Virus record (IMG/VR): IMGVR_UViG_3300022198_000015
Strand: one strand, 5' to 3'
Length of the DNA stretch: 64,000 nucleotides
Source of the DNA: an uncultured virus (IMG/VR IMGVR_UViG_3300022198_000015)
Lineage: Duplodnaviria; Heunggongvirae; Uroviricota; Caudoviricetes
Numbering within the stretch: the stretch's first letter is position 1; each line of letters opens with the position of its first letter. The position numbers were made by a program, and so were the translations under genes. The notes beneath the pieces were generated by a model. That model saw only the letters and a list, made by a program, of their open reading frames with translations, was not told the origin of the DNA and ran no database searches. Shown here piece after piece: positions 47,853 to 58,114 of this stretch.

Positions 47853-48965
47853 CTAGATTACAGATACGTACCAGCCGTCAGAGCTAGAATGTATTAACCA
47901 GCGTTTTAATAAGTTTTGTCGAGTATACCTTACAGCCTTACCATCAGTGCTACCACGCTTAGGATAACCACCGTTAATAAGATCTAATTCACCATAAGGG
48001 TCATGAACCCAGAAGTGTGTCTGGTCGTATCCAATTAAAGTAACCCAGTGACCACCTCCAGTAGGAGAGCTGATCGGGCCTTTATGCAGAATACCGATGG
48101 GCACCGGAACCTGACGATCTAATAATGTGATCAAATCTTTTTCGCAGCCGTCCGTATGGAACTCTGCACTAGTGAATCCTAAGGCATGCGCCGTAGAAAT
48201 TTGTGCAACAGACGATACAGTATCACCACGTTTAAATACTTCATTCAAGTACCAGTCATCATCACCTGCAATAGCCTCAGGATCTAGGTAGTCCAAAGCC
48301 ATCGCCATTGCTGAGCTAAAACACATACGCTCGCCATGTCCTTCCTTGCTATCTCGTTGATAGAAGTAAGGCACATCCAATGGGAATTTAAAAACACCGA
48401 CTTTAGGGGGGCTAAACAATTCTTTGAATTTAGCGAACACTTTAGGATCGCTATTAGCCTCTAGGTAATCAAAAGCAGCATCTTGGTGAGGATAAAATTT
48501 GTAATGTTCAGCAGCCCGACGTAAAAAGCCAGGAGATGTAGCCGGGTTACTAATGGGCATTGTGTGGTACCTGTTCATCAAATCAACTAACTTCTTAGAA
48601 TACCCAGGATCAGTAGCATAACCTTCCTGCTTCAAAAGAAAAGCGCACTCTTCCCGAGTTTTAGCACGGTTAACTCCTTCGTAACCTTTGTAATTTTTAT
48701 ACCATTTATTGACTAAATCTATGACACAATCCTCTGCATTATAGTAATCTTTAAAAGTATCTTGAATAGTAATAAATTTACCATTTACCCATTCTTGTGT
48801 GCTAACTGTAGTACCTGGAGTTCCTTTAATACCAAAAAAATTATTTTTACCACTAGTATATGCACCGAAACCTGATTCGCATGCCCATTGCGCGGCTACA
48901 CATTCAGGAAACTTAGCTCCCGCTTTTTTAGCATAGCCGTAGATCTTTTCCCAAGAAGTTTTCAT
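47853..48965 (-). CDS. Endolysin: GH73 glucosaminidase + C39-like peptidase
   Basis: AQWACESGFG, NNFFGIK, GYATDPGY; VPYFYQRD...CFSS...GGHW...VHDPYG. Confidence 0.9.
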   Translation of the reverse strand: MKTSWEKIYGYAKKAGAKFPECVAAQWACESGFGAYTSGKNNFFGIKGTPGTTVSTQEWVNGKFITIQDTFKDYYNAEDCVIDLVNKWYKNYKGYEGVNRAKTREECAFLLKQEGYATDPGYSKKLVDLMNRYHTMPISNPATSPGFLRRAAEHYKFYPHQDAAFDYLEANSDPKVFAKFKELFSPPKVGVFKFPLDVPYFYQRDSKEGHGERMCFSSAMAMALDYLDPEAIAGDDDWYLNEVFKRGDTVSSVAQISTAHALGFTSAEFHTDGCEKDLITLLDRQVPVPIGILHKGPISSPTGGGHWVTLIGYDQTHFWVHDPYGELDLINGGYPKRGSTDGKAVRYTRQNLLKRWLIHSSSDGWYVSVI

Positions 48966-48967
48966 AA

Positions 48968-50362
48968 TTACCATGTGGATAAAGGAGCGCGTTTCCAAAC
49001 ATTATCACTAATGCATGTATAAATATAATTTGTATCATACCGAATCTCTCCAGCAGCTCCAGGGGAGGTTGCAGTAGCCGGAGGATTATTAGTAGCTACA
49101 GAAGTGTGCTCCCAGCGATTTGTGATACTAGACCATTTAATAACATCAGCATTATGCGGGCTACTAGTTTGCACATCATGCAAATCTGCTAAGCGCGAAC
49201 CAGTACTCCAACGAACCATTAAAGTGCCATTATTTTTACTAGAAATAACAGCAGCCACCGGCAACTTTAAATTAGGAGCATTTGGTTCTGTAATAGTAAA
49301 ACCACCTGGCACACTTGGATTACACCATAAAATAGAACCCTGAGGATAAATACTAGTGTCAATTTTTTTAAGCTTACCATAGCTAATAGCAAATCCATCT
49401 TCAGAGGGATTAATTGCCTCAGCTGTCACACCAAAAAACACGTAACCAGGGTATGTACCGTCAGCTACCATAGGAGCCACTTTAATTCGACCACTTGCCC
49501 CTAAAGTACCCGTAAACATTACGGCTGTGCCTTTTGGAATAACTGAAACAGTGTCATTACGCACAAGACTAAAAGTATCCTGACCCAGGTGCATATGAAC
49601 AGCCTCATCAAGGCCTAGAACCAGAGTACTCTCATCTATCTCCCAATGTATATTCCCTTGGGCAGGATCATACTGCTCTACTTCAGTATTAAAAGTAATA
49701 CTATCAAGATTGATATCACTAGGAACACCAGAACGATTATGCAAAACTTGAGGGATATAACGATTTGTCCATCCAGTACCATCAAACGTAAGTACTTGAC
49801 CTTTAGTTAATTCTAGCTCATCAAAATTAACATCCTGCAAATCTTCTAACTTGGCCTCAGTAGCCACCATATCCAGACCATCACGACCGTCACGGCCATC
49901 CCTACCATCCTTTCCAGCAGGCCCTGGAAGCCCCATAGGCCCAGGTGCTCCAGCAGGCCCCCTAGCCCCGTCAGAGCCGCTCTTAAGGCTAGTCGCGTAC
50001 TTGATGGCGCTGCCGATCTCTTCCCGTTGTCGGTACAGCTGCTGGCGCTCCTCTACGGCATCAATTAACTCAGGCGTGGCAAATTGTATTATTTTTAACG
50101 TAGACTCAAACCATGTACCACCAATCTTATCTTTTATAGCGGCTTTTAATACTTCTAAATCAGTATCCAAAACACCATACACCCTGATTGTCCAAACAGC
50201 CTCTACACCATCCAAATACGGAATCTCAGATATAAATATCGAAGACCCTAGTAAAAATTTAATATCAGCATCGCGAGTAATTTCAATATTATCAACTAAT
50301 TCGCTAATTAAAATGTCTGCTTGCAGAGCTTTTTTGATCTCTTTAGCACTAGAAAAGTACAT
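48968..50362 (-). CDS. Virion fibre protein with collagen-like repeats
   Basis: GARGPAGAPGPMGLPGPAGKDGRDGRDG; C-terminal GEIRYD...WKR..LSTW. Confidence 0.75.
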   Translation of the reverse strand: MYFSSAKEIKKALQADILISELVDNIEITRDADIKFLLGSSIFISEIPYLDGVEAVWTIRVYGVLDTDLEVLKAAIKDKIGGTWFESTLKIIQFATPELIDAVEERQQLYRQREEIGSAIKYATSLKSGSDGARGPAGAPGPMGLPGPAGKDGRDGRDGRDGLDMVATEAKLEDLQDVNFDELELTKGQVLTFDGTGWTNRYIPQVLHNRSGVPSDINLDSITFNTEVEQYDPAQGNIHWEIDESTLVLGLDEAVHMHLGQDTFSLVRNDTVSVIPKGTAVMFTGTLGASGRIKVAPMVADGTYPGYVFFGVTAEAINPSEDGFAISYGKLKKIDTSIYPQGSILWCNPSVPGGFTITEPNAPNLKLPVAAVISSKNNGTLMVRWSTGSRLADLHDVQTSSPHNADVIKWSSITNRWEHTSVATNNPPATATSPGAAGEIRYDTNYIYTCISDNVWKRAPLSTW

Positions 50363-50398
50363 TACTAATAAGCAGACTAGGCCCTAGGATACCAGCAA

Positions 50399-50686
50399 TC
50401 AGGCCTTAGTATCCCGACGAATATGCTTTGGTCGGCCTTTTTTTGTGCCATTACGAGCCCTGTTTTTTCTAGGATCTTCCAGTTTAAAGCCACCATTTTT
50501 AGTATGGCTCACATCAGGACCACCCTTGCCCATGATCCCACGACGACGACGCTCGCGTGCTAATTCAGCACGGTATTTTTTCTGATCCTTACGAGCATTA
50601 CGCTTTTTATCATAAGCAAGCTTCTTACGATATGCCTCTGGATTCTTCTTGTAAAAGTCAGCGGTAGAGCGTTTCTTAGGAGCCAT
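50399..50686 (-). CDS. Basic protein (HNH-like remnant DVSH...NRARN)
   Basis: K/R-rich; GGPDVSH...KNRARNG. Confidence 0.7.
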   Translation of the reverse strand: MAPKKRSTADFYKKNPEAYRKKLAYDKKRNARKDQKKYRAELARERRRRGIMGKGGPDVSHTKNGGFKLEDPRKNRARNGTKKGRPKHIRRDTKA

Positions 50687-50898
50687 GGTTCTTATTGACC
50701 TACCTTTAGGTTACCACAATTACAGTTCTGAACCATTACGGTTCTTCTGTCCTGGCTGATAACCCAAACCACTGATACCAGTTACAGGAGCATCAATACT
50801 GAGTTCGATATCTTTTTCAGGAAAAGTTGCCACTACGTCCAAATCTAGGTTGGTACCATCTTCTAAAATACGAGGCCCACTAGTGTACGTAATGTCCA

Positions 50899-51255
50899 TC
50901 ATTGGAACACATCCTGAGTACCATTTTCAATGTGCTTACACATTGCTAAGATCTCAGCTTTCGGCAAAGAATTTTTAAGATCGTAACCCTGATCTTCAGC
51001 CCACTCCAAAAGCTCTGCTTTAGTCATAGAATCAAGCTCAGTCTTAATCTCAGCATCCATTAAATCTTCAAAAGCGTCACCACCGGCAACAACAGGCTGT
51101 TCGGGAACCTTAGGAGCCGGAGGAGCGGCAACGGCCTTAGGACCTTCTTCCACGTACCCCGCATCCAAAAGCTCGCGGGCAGTTACAGTATAATAAGCAG
51201 CACGGCGATCATCGCCTTTTACAAAATAAGTAGGAAGCTTGCTAAGATGAGCCAT
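50899..51255 (-). CDS. Protein with C-terminal HeH/Rho-N-like domain
   Basis: LDSMTKAELLEWAEDQG.....KAEIL. Confidence 0.65.
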   Translation of the reverse strand: MAHLSKLPTYFVKGDDRRAAYYTVTARELLDAGYVEEGPKAVAAPPAPKVPEQPVVAGGDAFEDLMDAEIKTELDSMTKAELLEWAEDQGYDLKNSLPKAEILAMCKHIENGTQDVFQ

Positions 51256-51273
51256 TGTTACTAGACACTAATG

Positions 51274-51585
51274 TTATAGTATACCATCATCATCAGATTT
51301 TTCATACTGTCTTAACCTAGCCCTAAGTTTATTAATATCTTGGGTCTGAGCATACACATGAAAATATAATTTTTGTTCAAAACGATTTAAGGTATTAAAT
51401 AAACGCTCCATTTGAATTTCAAATTCTTGCTTACTGAGATATTTCTCTGCTAATTTAATTTCTAATTGATCTGAACGATCACATGCTTTTCCTGCTAAAT
51501 CAACAGCGTGCTCAGATCGACGCCATGTAAAACCGCCCCAACCTAACATAGCAGTAATAACAAGAACAAACAAATGATCCGGCAT
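51274..51585 (-). CDS. Membrane-anchored coiled-coil protein (holin-like?)
   Basis: N-terminal TM, KYLSKQEF...LNRFEQKL. Confidence 0.55.
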   Translation of the reverse strand: MPDHLFVLVITAMLGWGGFTWRRSEHAVDLAGKACDRSDQLEIKLAEKYLSKQEFEIQMERLFNTLNRFEQKLYFHVYAQTQDINKLRARLRQYEKSDDDGIL

Positions 51586-51663
51586 TAGAACTGCCCTATT
51601 CCATTTAGTTTTCCATAAAAAAAAAAGGGGCCGAAGCCCCCTTCTTTATATCTGGCGTTAAAC

Positions 51664-52026
51664 TCAGAAAACGCCTTCCACCAGATCCAGGAACACACCG
51701 CCAGCGATGGCAGCAGTGCCACCCAGGGTGTAGTAAGCATCATTGTCATCAGCGTCGCACAGAGCGCCGCGCACATGAGCGATACCCACACCGTTGCCGT
51801 CCAGATCAGCAGCGTTGAATACCACAGCCTGACCACCCAGGGTAACGGTAATCTTGTTGGTGCCGGCATTGTCGATACCAGAAGCGCCCACAACCACCAC
51901 ACGGATGGTCTTAGCAGCCGTCAGGGTGAAGGGGGCATCGGTACCAGTAGCGGTAGCCGTGATCTTGTTCGCGTCATCCAGGTCAAAACCTTCGCGAGGG
52001 AAAATACCAGTAGAACGTGCAGCCAT
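51664..52026 (-). CDS. Putative capsid decoration protein
   Basis: 120 aa A/G/T-rich, host-like codons as in MCP, GGAG RBS, strong terminator 51617-51642. Confidence 0.6.
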   Translation of the reverse strand: MAARSTGIFPREGFDLDDANKITATATGTDAPFTLTAAKTIRVVVVGASGIDNAGTNKITVTLGGQAVVFNAADLDGNGVGIAHVRGALCDADDNDAYYTLGGTAAIAGGVFLDLVEGVF

Positions 52027-52101
52027 GATTAAAACTCCAGAGAGATGTGAAAGTAACCCGCCCCGTAGAGAAATGGCGCGGTTATATTATATATTACCTA
52101 T

Positions 52102-52236
52102 TCAGAAAACACCAGGAAAAATTTGACCAGTTACAAAATACGCCCCAACGGCTGCAATAAAACCAACCATAGCAAGGCGTCCATTTAAACGCTCAGCTCG
52201 CTCATAATGAGTCTCGTGAACATTACGATCCGACAT
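52102..52236 (-). CDS. hli: High-light inducible protein
   Basis: AERLNGRLAMVGF...TGQIFPGVF. Confidence 0.95.
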   Translation of the reverse strand: MSDRNVHETHYERAERLNGRLAMVGFIAAVGAYFVTGQIFPGVF

Positions 52237-52317
52237 AATAACACATAAAAGGTGTCTTAGTGTTCCAATAAAAAACCACCCCATATAGGGGTGGTAGCAC
52301 TCAAATTGTGAGTATAT

Positions 52318-53397
52318 TCAACCAATAACCGGAGCTTTTAAAGCCACGGGAGTAAATTCCGTAGCTGCAAGGTCCAGAGGGAAATTATGAGCATTGCGCT
52401 CGTGCATCACCTCAAAACCTAAATTAGCCCGATTCAGCACATCTGCCCAGGTATTAATTACATTATTTTGAGTATCCAGCAGAGACTGATTAAAATTAAA
52501 TCCATTTAAATTAAACGCCATAGTAGATACGCCAAGAGCAGCGAACCAAATACCCACAACAGGCCATGCTGCAAGGAAAAAGTGGAGACTACGAGAATTG
52601 TTAAAGCTAGCGTATTGAAAAATAAGACGACCAAAGTAACCATGAGCAGCTACAATATTATAGGTTTCCTCTTCTTGGCCGAATTTATATCCATAATTTT
52701 GGCTAATAATTTCAGTAGTTTCACGCACCAGGCTGGAGGTCACCAGCGAACCGTGCATGGCGGAGAACAGGCTGCCGCCGAACACACCGGCCACACCCAG
52801 CATGTGGAAGGGGTGCATCAGAATGTTGTGCTCAGCCTGGAACACCAGCATGTAGTTGAAGGTGCCGCTGATACCCAGAGGCATACCATCAGAAAAAGAA
52901 CCTTGACCAAAAGGATAAACAAGGAATACTGCAGTTGCCGCAGCCACAGGAGCCGAATACGCGACGCAGATCCAAGGCCGCATCCCTAATCGATAGCTAA
53001 GTTCCCATTCGCGTCCCATGTAAGAGAAGACGCCAATAAGGAAGTGGAAGACGACCAATTGGTACGGGCCCCCGTTATAGAGCCATTCGTCAAGGCTATT
53101 AGCTTCCCAAATTGGATAGAAATGTAGTCCGATTGCGTTACTGGAGGGGACAACTGCTCCAGAGATGAGATTGTTTCCATAAAGCAATGCACCGGCAACA
53201 GGTTCACGGATACCGTCAATATCGACGGGAGGAGCAGCCACAAAGGCGACAATGAAGCAAATGGTGGCAGCCAGCAGGGTGGGGATCATCAGCACACCGA
53301 ACCATCCCACATACAGGCGGTTGTTGGTGGAAGTCACCCATTGACAAAACTGTTCCCAAATAGAAAAACTAGGACGTGTTGCAATAGTAGCAGTCAT
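52318..53397 (-). CDS. psbA: Photosystem II D1 protein
   Basis: 359 aa, [14 protein letters not shown]...[13 protein letters not shown]; uninterrupted; terminator 52268-52295. Confidence 0.99.
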   Translation of the reverse strand: MTATIATRPSFSIWEQFCQWVTSTNNRLYVGWFGVLMIPTLLAATICFIVAFVAAPPVDIDGIREPVAGALLYGNNLISGAVVPSSNAIGLHFYPIWEANSLDEWLYNGGPYQLVVFHFLIGVFSYMGREWELSYRLGMRPWICVAYSAPVAAATAVFLVYPFGQGSFSDGMPLGISGTFNYMLVFQAEHNILMHPFHMLGVAGVFGGSLFSAMHGSLVTSSLVRETTEIISQNYGYKFGQEEETYNIVAAHGYFGRLIFQYASFNNSRSLHFFLAAWPVVGIWFAALGVSTMAFNLNGFNFNQSLLDTQNNVINTWADVLNRANLGFEVMHERNAHNFPLDLAATEFTPVALKAPVIG

Positions 53398-53404
53398 ATA
53401 ACAA

Positions 53405-53520
53405 ATGAAGGTAATTAAACCAGTAGGGAGCTGGTAGTTTAATATTCCCGCACTACCCTCAAGCGCGATATAAGGGGCGTATTTTACTTCCTAAAAGCCC
53501 CGGTTAAGGAAGATAATACA
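53405..53520 (-). ncRNA. PhotoRC-II-like structured psbA leader
   Basis: Minus strand CTTCCT...AGGAAG stem crossed by GGGGC...GCCCC; further stems around GAGGGT and ACCAG-CTCCCTA-CTGGT. Confidence 0.6.
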
Positions 53521-53542
53521 GTTTACCAATTAATAAAGTAAC

Positions 53543-54982
53543 TTATAAAGCTGCTATGCGTGATTGAAAATCAGCGAAGTCTGTAGAAGCTGCTGTTACT
53601 GTTTTAAGACTAGTTGTAGTAATAATATTAGTAGGTACCCATTTACTGCCATTCCAGGTTAAACCTTGATCAGTAGTGGGTACCGTAGTACTAGTATCAA
53701 CATCATCAAAGGTATTTATAGAAGATGCTGTATAGCCATCTCCTTTAACGTAAGCAGTACTTGGAGGTGTAAAAGTAGTTCCATTATAACGAGCAACACC
53801 GTATGTTTGCCTATATAAGTCTATAACAGTACCATAGCCACCTATTTCTAAGCTGGTTTGACAATACATAGAATAGCTAGTAGTTTCTACGGCACTTGCA
53901 ACTCCATTAACGTGTAAACGCCATGCAGCAGATCCTGATTGTCTTGTTAAAGCAATATGATTCCAAGAACCTTTAGTAATAGTATTCTGATGTGTCATAA
54001 CTACAGAATTATATTTAAACCAAGACACAGCACCACTAGTCCCATTAATCCTTATACCACCCGAAAGGGAAGAAACAGTACTAGTAAAGTATACTGCATA
54101 AAAATTAGAAGTCGAGGCCCAATCACGCATCCAGAATTCTAAAGTAAGAGCAGTACCATCAGCAGGCATATTTAAGGAGCTTGGCGGTGAATTAATTTTA
54201 ATTTTTTCGTACAAACAGCCCGAACCCGCCTTAGGATTAGTATCTATAATTGAGCCAATAGGGCTATAACCTGTACCAGCAATAGTATTATTTAAAGGGG
54301 AATCATCGATTATATTTGCAGGAGTAGTGCCTGCAGGATGATCAAAGTTTAATTGTAAAACGGTAGAGTTATAATCTGCATCAATCCCATCTAAATTACT
54401 AGAAGCCAGCTTAGTGGTACTCGGCACCCATGCCACCCCATTCCAAACCAAAGGATACCCTACTTGTAAAGTAGCACTAGTATCTACGTCGCTTAAATCA
54501 TTAAGTGCTGCCGCTCCAGCGGCAATATCACCCGGCTCCCATGTACCAGCAGTATCATCCCAAGTTAAAACTTGACCATCGGTAGGTGCCGTAGTGGCTG
54601 TATCAACATCACTTAAGTCATTAAGTTCTGTAGCTCCAGATGTAATAGTCCCAGGCTTCCAGTGAAGCGTAGAACTATCCCAAATTAAAGATTGACCATC
54701 AGCAGGAGCTACCGTGCTAGTATCAACATCCGCTAAGTCATCAATATTGTTTACTGTGCCACCGATAGCAATATAGGCCGAACCACTCCAGCGATAAGTA
54801 GTACCAGCATCAATAGCTACATAGATCTTGCCAGTCTCGCCGGTGACTGGGAAGCTTGCAAAATCAGCGTACTCCAGAACGTCGTCAACGTAACTAGGCA
54901 ATAAATCACTAGAAATCTGACCATTCTCTAAAGGAACAGTATCGTCAAAAGTGCCAGTAAAAGGGTTAAAAGTGTAAGGCAT
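53543..54982 (-). CDS. Fibre/receptor-binding protein with LamG domain
   Basis: LPSYVDDVLE..., repeated LNDLSDVDT..P.DGQ.L.WD, LamG TLEFW...WNHIALTR, C-terminal AASTDFADFQSRIAAL. Confidence 0.8.
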   Translation of the reverse strand: MPYTFNPFTGTFDDTVPLENGQISSDLLPSYVDDVLEYADFASFPVTGETGKIYVAIDAGTTYRWSGSAYIAIGGTVNNIDDLADVDTSTVAPADGQSLIWDSSTLHWKPGTITSGATELNDLSDVDTATTAPTDGQVLTWDDTAGTWEPGDIAAGAAALNDLSDVDTSATLQVGYPLVWNGVAWVPSTTKLASSNLDGIDADYNSTVLQLNFDHPAGTTPANIIDDSPLNNTIAGTGYSPIGSIIDTNPKAGSGCLYEKIKINSPPSSLNMPADGTALTLEFWMRDWASTSNFYAVYFTSTVSSLSGGIRINGTSGAVSWFKYNSVVMTHQNTITKGSWNHIALTRQSGSAAWRLHVNGVASAVETTSYSMYCQTSLEIGGYGTVIDLYRQTYGVARYNGTTFTPPSTAYVKGDGYTASSINTFDDVDTSTTVPTTDQGLTWNGSKWVPTNIITTTSLKTVTAASTDFADFQSRIAAL

Positions 54983-54995
54983 TTATTTGCTCCTA

Positions 54996-55187
54996 TTAGT
55001 AGTTAGTCTTGGTGACAGTTTCAACATTACCACTACCGTCATAGGTAATAGCCTGAGTAGCTACAGTGGTACCACTAGCCCCTCCAATTTTGTACGTAAC
55101 TAAGGTTAATTTACCTGCAGTATAAGTATTATGAATGTAATCATGAGCCGGGATATTCATCCCGCGAGTGGCTAAAGTAGTTGCCAT
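54996..55187 (-). CDS. Small virion protein
   Basis: GMNIPAHDYI...YKIGGASGTTVA; late motif upstream. Confidence 0.65.
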   Translation of the reverse strand: MATTLATRGMNIPAHDYIHNTYTAGKLTLVTYKIGGASGTTVATQAITYDGSGNVETVTKTNY

Positions 55188-55273
55188 AATGCCCTCCTAC
55201 GGCATTTTGTTATCCTAGGTTACCCATAAAAAAAAGCCCCCCGAAGGAGGCCTTTATCTAGTTAATGCTTAGA

Positions 55274-56164
55274 TCAGACGCTAGCAGTAGCATCAATACC
55301 AGCCAGGCGAGCAGCAGCACGACCATTGATCAGAGCCAGACCGCAGTACCATTCAACGCGGGTGATTAGTTGAGGCTGGGTGTGCGATTCGCCAAGCTCA
55401 CGCACGTTCACGCCACCGTTCTGAATACCAGTCAGATGATCGTTGCCGAAGGACACGACATACAGATCTTGGGCGCTGGGGGTACCATCGAGGATCGCCA
55501 CGTTCTTGTGGTCACGATCAAGCTCCAGCACAGGAATGCCGGAGTAGCTGAGCTGCTGGTAGCCGAACTCGGTACGCTCGATATCGATCTGACCATTAGC
55601 ACGGGCGTGCTTGCTCAGATGACGACGCAGGGACTTGGAACAGACAATGTACTTGCTACCGCCCTGGGCATCCACGTTGTCAATAGCCTCATCCAGCTTG
55701 TTCAGATCCAGAGCACCGCCACCGTTGGCGAAGTACTGGGAAGAACCAGACTTGATGCGAGCAGCCAGACCATCAAACTCAGCCGGCGACTGGTTGGAGT
55801 CACCATTGATGAACAGAGCTTCCCAAGCCAGACGCATGGCACGCACACGGGCCTGGATCTGATAAGCCTTGGCCTCGGGACCTTCCAGCTCAACGATAGC
55901 GCGATCAACTTTGATGTCGCCACCGAACAGCTTCAGGCTCTCGGACTGCTGGCTCACTTCAGCATAGCTCTCAGCCAGAGAACCATTATAGTTACGGAAG
56001 CCCACATCCGGCAGCGACTCTTCACGCTTCCAGAACAGACCGTTGCCTTCGATAGAACGGAAGGGCAGAGCCGACAGCAGCTGACCAGCAGCTAATTCGG
56101 TAATAACAGCAAGCTCTTGAACATTACGAGCATGCTTCTTAGCTTGAAGCAGGGTTAAAGCCAT
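55274..56164 (-). CDS. Major capsid protein
   Basis: 296 aa, FINGD...EFDGL, LDEAID; follows scaffold; strong RBS, host-like codons, terminator 55227-55252. Confidence 0.9.
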   Translation of the reverse strand: MALTLLQAKKHARNVQELAVITELAAGQLLSALPFRSIEGNGLFWKREESLPDVGFRNYNGSLAESYAEVSQQSESLKLFGGDIKVDRAIVELEGPEAKAYQIQARVRAMRLAWEALFINGDSNQSPAEFDGLAARIKSGSSQYFANGGGALDLNKLDEAIDNVDAQGGSKYIVCSKSLRRHLSKHARANGQIDIERTEFGYQQLSYSGIPVLELDRDHKNVAILDGTPSAQDLYVVSFGNDHLTGIQNGGVNVRELGESHTQPQLITRVEWYCGLALINGRAAARLAGIDATASV

Positions 56165-56363
56165 AGTAAAAAACTCCTTTTAGATGAAATGAACAAAGAT
56201 CAGGGTGATTCGTTTAAACAGCATCGCACTGTATCAAACGCGACACCCTTTCCTGTCCACCTCGTCACGATTAGGAGGGTTAGGGTATCTCTATAAATAG
56301 AATACCAATTAATAATAAAAAACCCCTAAAATTAGGGGCATTTTGGTAAACTAGGGGTTACTA

Positions 56364-57086
56364 TTAACTAAAAGCTCGCTGGAATAATTGATCAGGATCC
56401 AGACTATCCAGGTCTTCAGTAGGCATACCATTAGCATCAGTTCCACCGTAGCCGAGGCCAGCACCAGAACCCTTGGTTCCTTTAAAGAAAGCACCGTAGA
56501 TAGGATGATGCTTAAAACTGGAGACAAACTCTTCTGGCGAAATGCGCTTACCAGATTCTTTATCCAACACTGGATCGCCCTGCAGATCCACTACAGTAAG
56601 AGAGCCATCAGATTCTTGACGGAAACGACCACCCAACTGATCAGCCAGCATATCAAAGAACGATACGCCATCAGCCGCATCAGTCCGACCACCAGCTGCA
56701 AAGAAAACTTTCTCTAGAGCATACCGCTTCTGAAATTCCTGCATCCGACGCTCAGCAGCCTCAGCACGAGTAGCAGCCTCTTCCGCTTGCTTAGAGTACT
56801 TCAATTCAATAGCTTCTTTCGCTTCACCATACTGGGCTTGTAATTGAGCAGCCCGTGCCACTTCCTCCTGCAATTTAGCATATTCATCAGGATTAATATT
56901 TGCAAAACGCTCAAGTTGAGCGGCGCGTTCTTTAGCTTCTTTTTCATAATTTTTACGAGTCTCACGTTCGGCCTTCAGGGCTTTCATGAGATTTTCAACT
57001 TCACCTTCAGTAAAGACTTTGCCCTTCTCGGGCGTAACAGTAGTCTCAACTTCGGCCACAGGAGTTTGAATAGATTCCTCAGACAT
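56364..57086 (-). CDS. Capsid scaffolding protein
   Basis: LMKALKAERE coiled coil, C-terminal GSGAG; upstream of MCP. Confidence 0.8.
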   Translation of the reverse strand: MSEESIQTPVAEVETTVTPEKGKVFTEGEVENLMKALKAERETRKNYEKEAKERAAQLERFANINPDEYAKLQEEVARAAQLQAQYGEAKEAIELKYSKQAEEAATRAEAAERRMQEFQKRYALEKVFFAAGGRTDAADGVSFFDMLADQLGGRFRQESDGSLTVVDLQGDPVLDKESGKRISPEEFVSSFKHHPIYGAFFKGTKGSGAGLGYGGTDANGMPTEDLDSLDPDQLFQRAFS

Positions 57087-57125
57087 CACGACTAGAGATA
57101 AAGTGTCCTATAGTATACCTAATAG

Positions 57126-57515
57126 TTACCTAGGCCATTTATTTTTAGGACATAATAAACTAGGCTCAGCCGCTATCCATGTTTTTGCTTCCATGAAACA
57201 CCCACATTCAGAGCACCGTTTAGAATCTTCAATAAAATGAGGACATTCTAAGCAAATATCATACCGCTCTTGCCTAATCTCAGAATTAACTTTACCATTT
57301 GATGCTAAGTATCCAACATTTTTTAATAAACCAGAGGCCATTTTTGCTGCACTAGCTTTGACCACAGTATCATGTTTAATGGCTTTAAACTGAGGTACCT
57401 GTTTTTTTGTATTTTCCACTGGCCAAGTTTCTGGTTTAGGCCAAGGGCATACTGGGCCTATAGGAGCTATTCCATTACAAGATAAATCCTCAGCGGTTAA
57501 TCTTAAAGAGGCCAT
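57126..57515 (-). CDS. Cys-rich small protein (DUF6171-like)
   Basis: RYDICLEC...CSECGCFMEAK...CPKNKW. Confidence 0.7.
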   Translation of the reverse strand: MASLRLTAEDLSCNGIAPIGPVCPWPKPETWPVENTKKQVPQFKAIKHDTVVKASAAKMASGLLKNVGYLASNGKVNSEIRQERYDICLECPHFIEDSKRCSECGCFMEAKTWIAAEPSLLCPKNKWPR

Positions 57516-57538
57516 ATTAAAGACTAAACTGCTCTAGT

Positions 57539-58108
57539 CTACCAAGTACTTAAAGCAGCTCTTTTCCAGGTATTTATAGCTATACAAATATACAAATAAC
57601 CCGCTCCAAATCTTATTTCACCTTCTTCGCCTGTATCTGTGCTTAAATTAGGAGGTGCCACAGTTGTTATTTTTTCTAAAACTACTTCTTTATTTATAAA
57701 TTGTGTATTCACTACATCCCAACTTAAGATATCACCAGAAACTAAAGAAGTAGTACTAATATCTACATCATTAAAAACATCAATACTATAATTGTAAGCA
57801 CTTGTAACAGGATCAATGTATACAATAGGTGGACCACTACGCCATTGCCATACAGGTCCCATATAGACAATAGGTACCCACGCAGTAACTACAGGATTTT
57901 GAAAATCAACATCTTGGTATCTTTCTAAAGAATGAGGCTTTATATTTAAAGGTGTTAAATTACTCCAAGTCTGATTACCATCACCAACTCTTGCATAATT
58001 AGTATCAGAACTAATCGCAAATTCACCAGGCTCAAGAACTAATGTACTATTTTGCCATACACTATAAGTATCTATTTTTTGTTTAAATCTAGCGGAAGTA
58101 GTAGTCAT
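57539..58108 (-). CDS. Fibre-like virion protein
   Basis: VLEPGE...DT...VGDG..TWSNL N-domain; GEIRF...WKRAALSTW C-domain. Confidence 0.7.
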   Translation of the reverse strand: MTTTSARFKQKIDTYSVWQNSTLVLEPGEFAISSDTNYARVGDGNQTWSNLTPLNIKPHSLERYQDVDFQNPVVTAWVPIVYMGPVWQWRSGPPIVYIDPVTSAYNYSIDVFNDVDISTTSLVSGDILSWDVVNTQFINKEVVLEKITTVAPPNLSTDTGEEGEIRFGAGYLYICIAINTWKRAALSTW

Positions 58109-58114
58109 ATTATC

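Noticed and set aside
52318..53397. Intron in psbA, or inteins in nrdJ, polA, terL
   Set aside because: All frames are continuous and of normal length, with no intein terminal motifs noticed
55370..56095. 241 aa antisense ORF to MCP (and similar shadows of psbA, nrdJ, primase)
   Set aside because: Expected shadow of biased codon usage on the opposite strand
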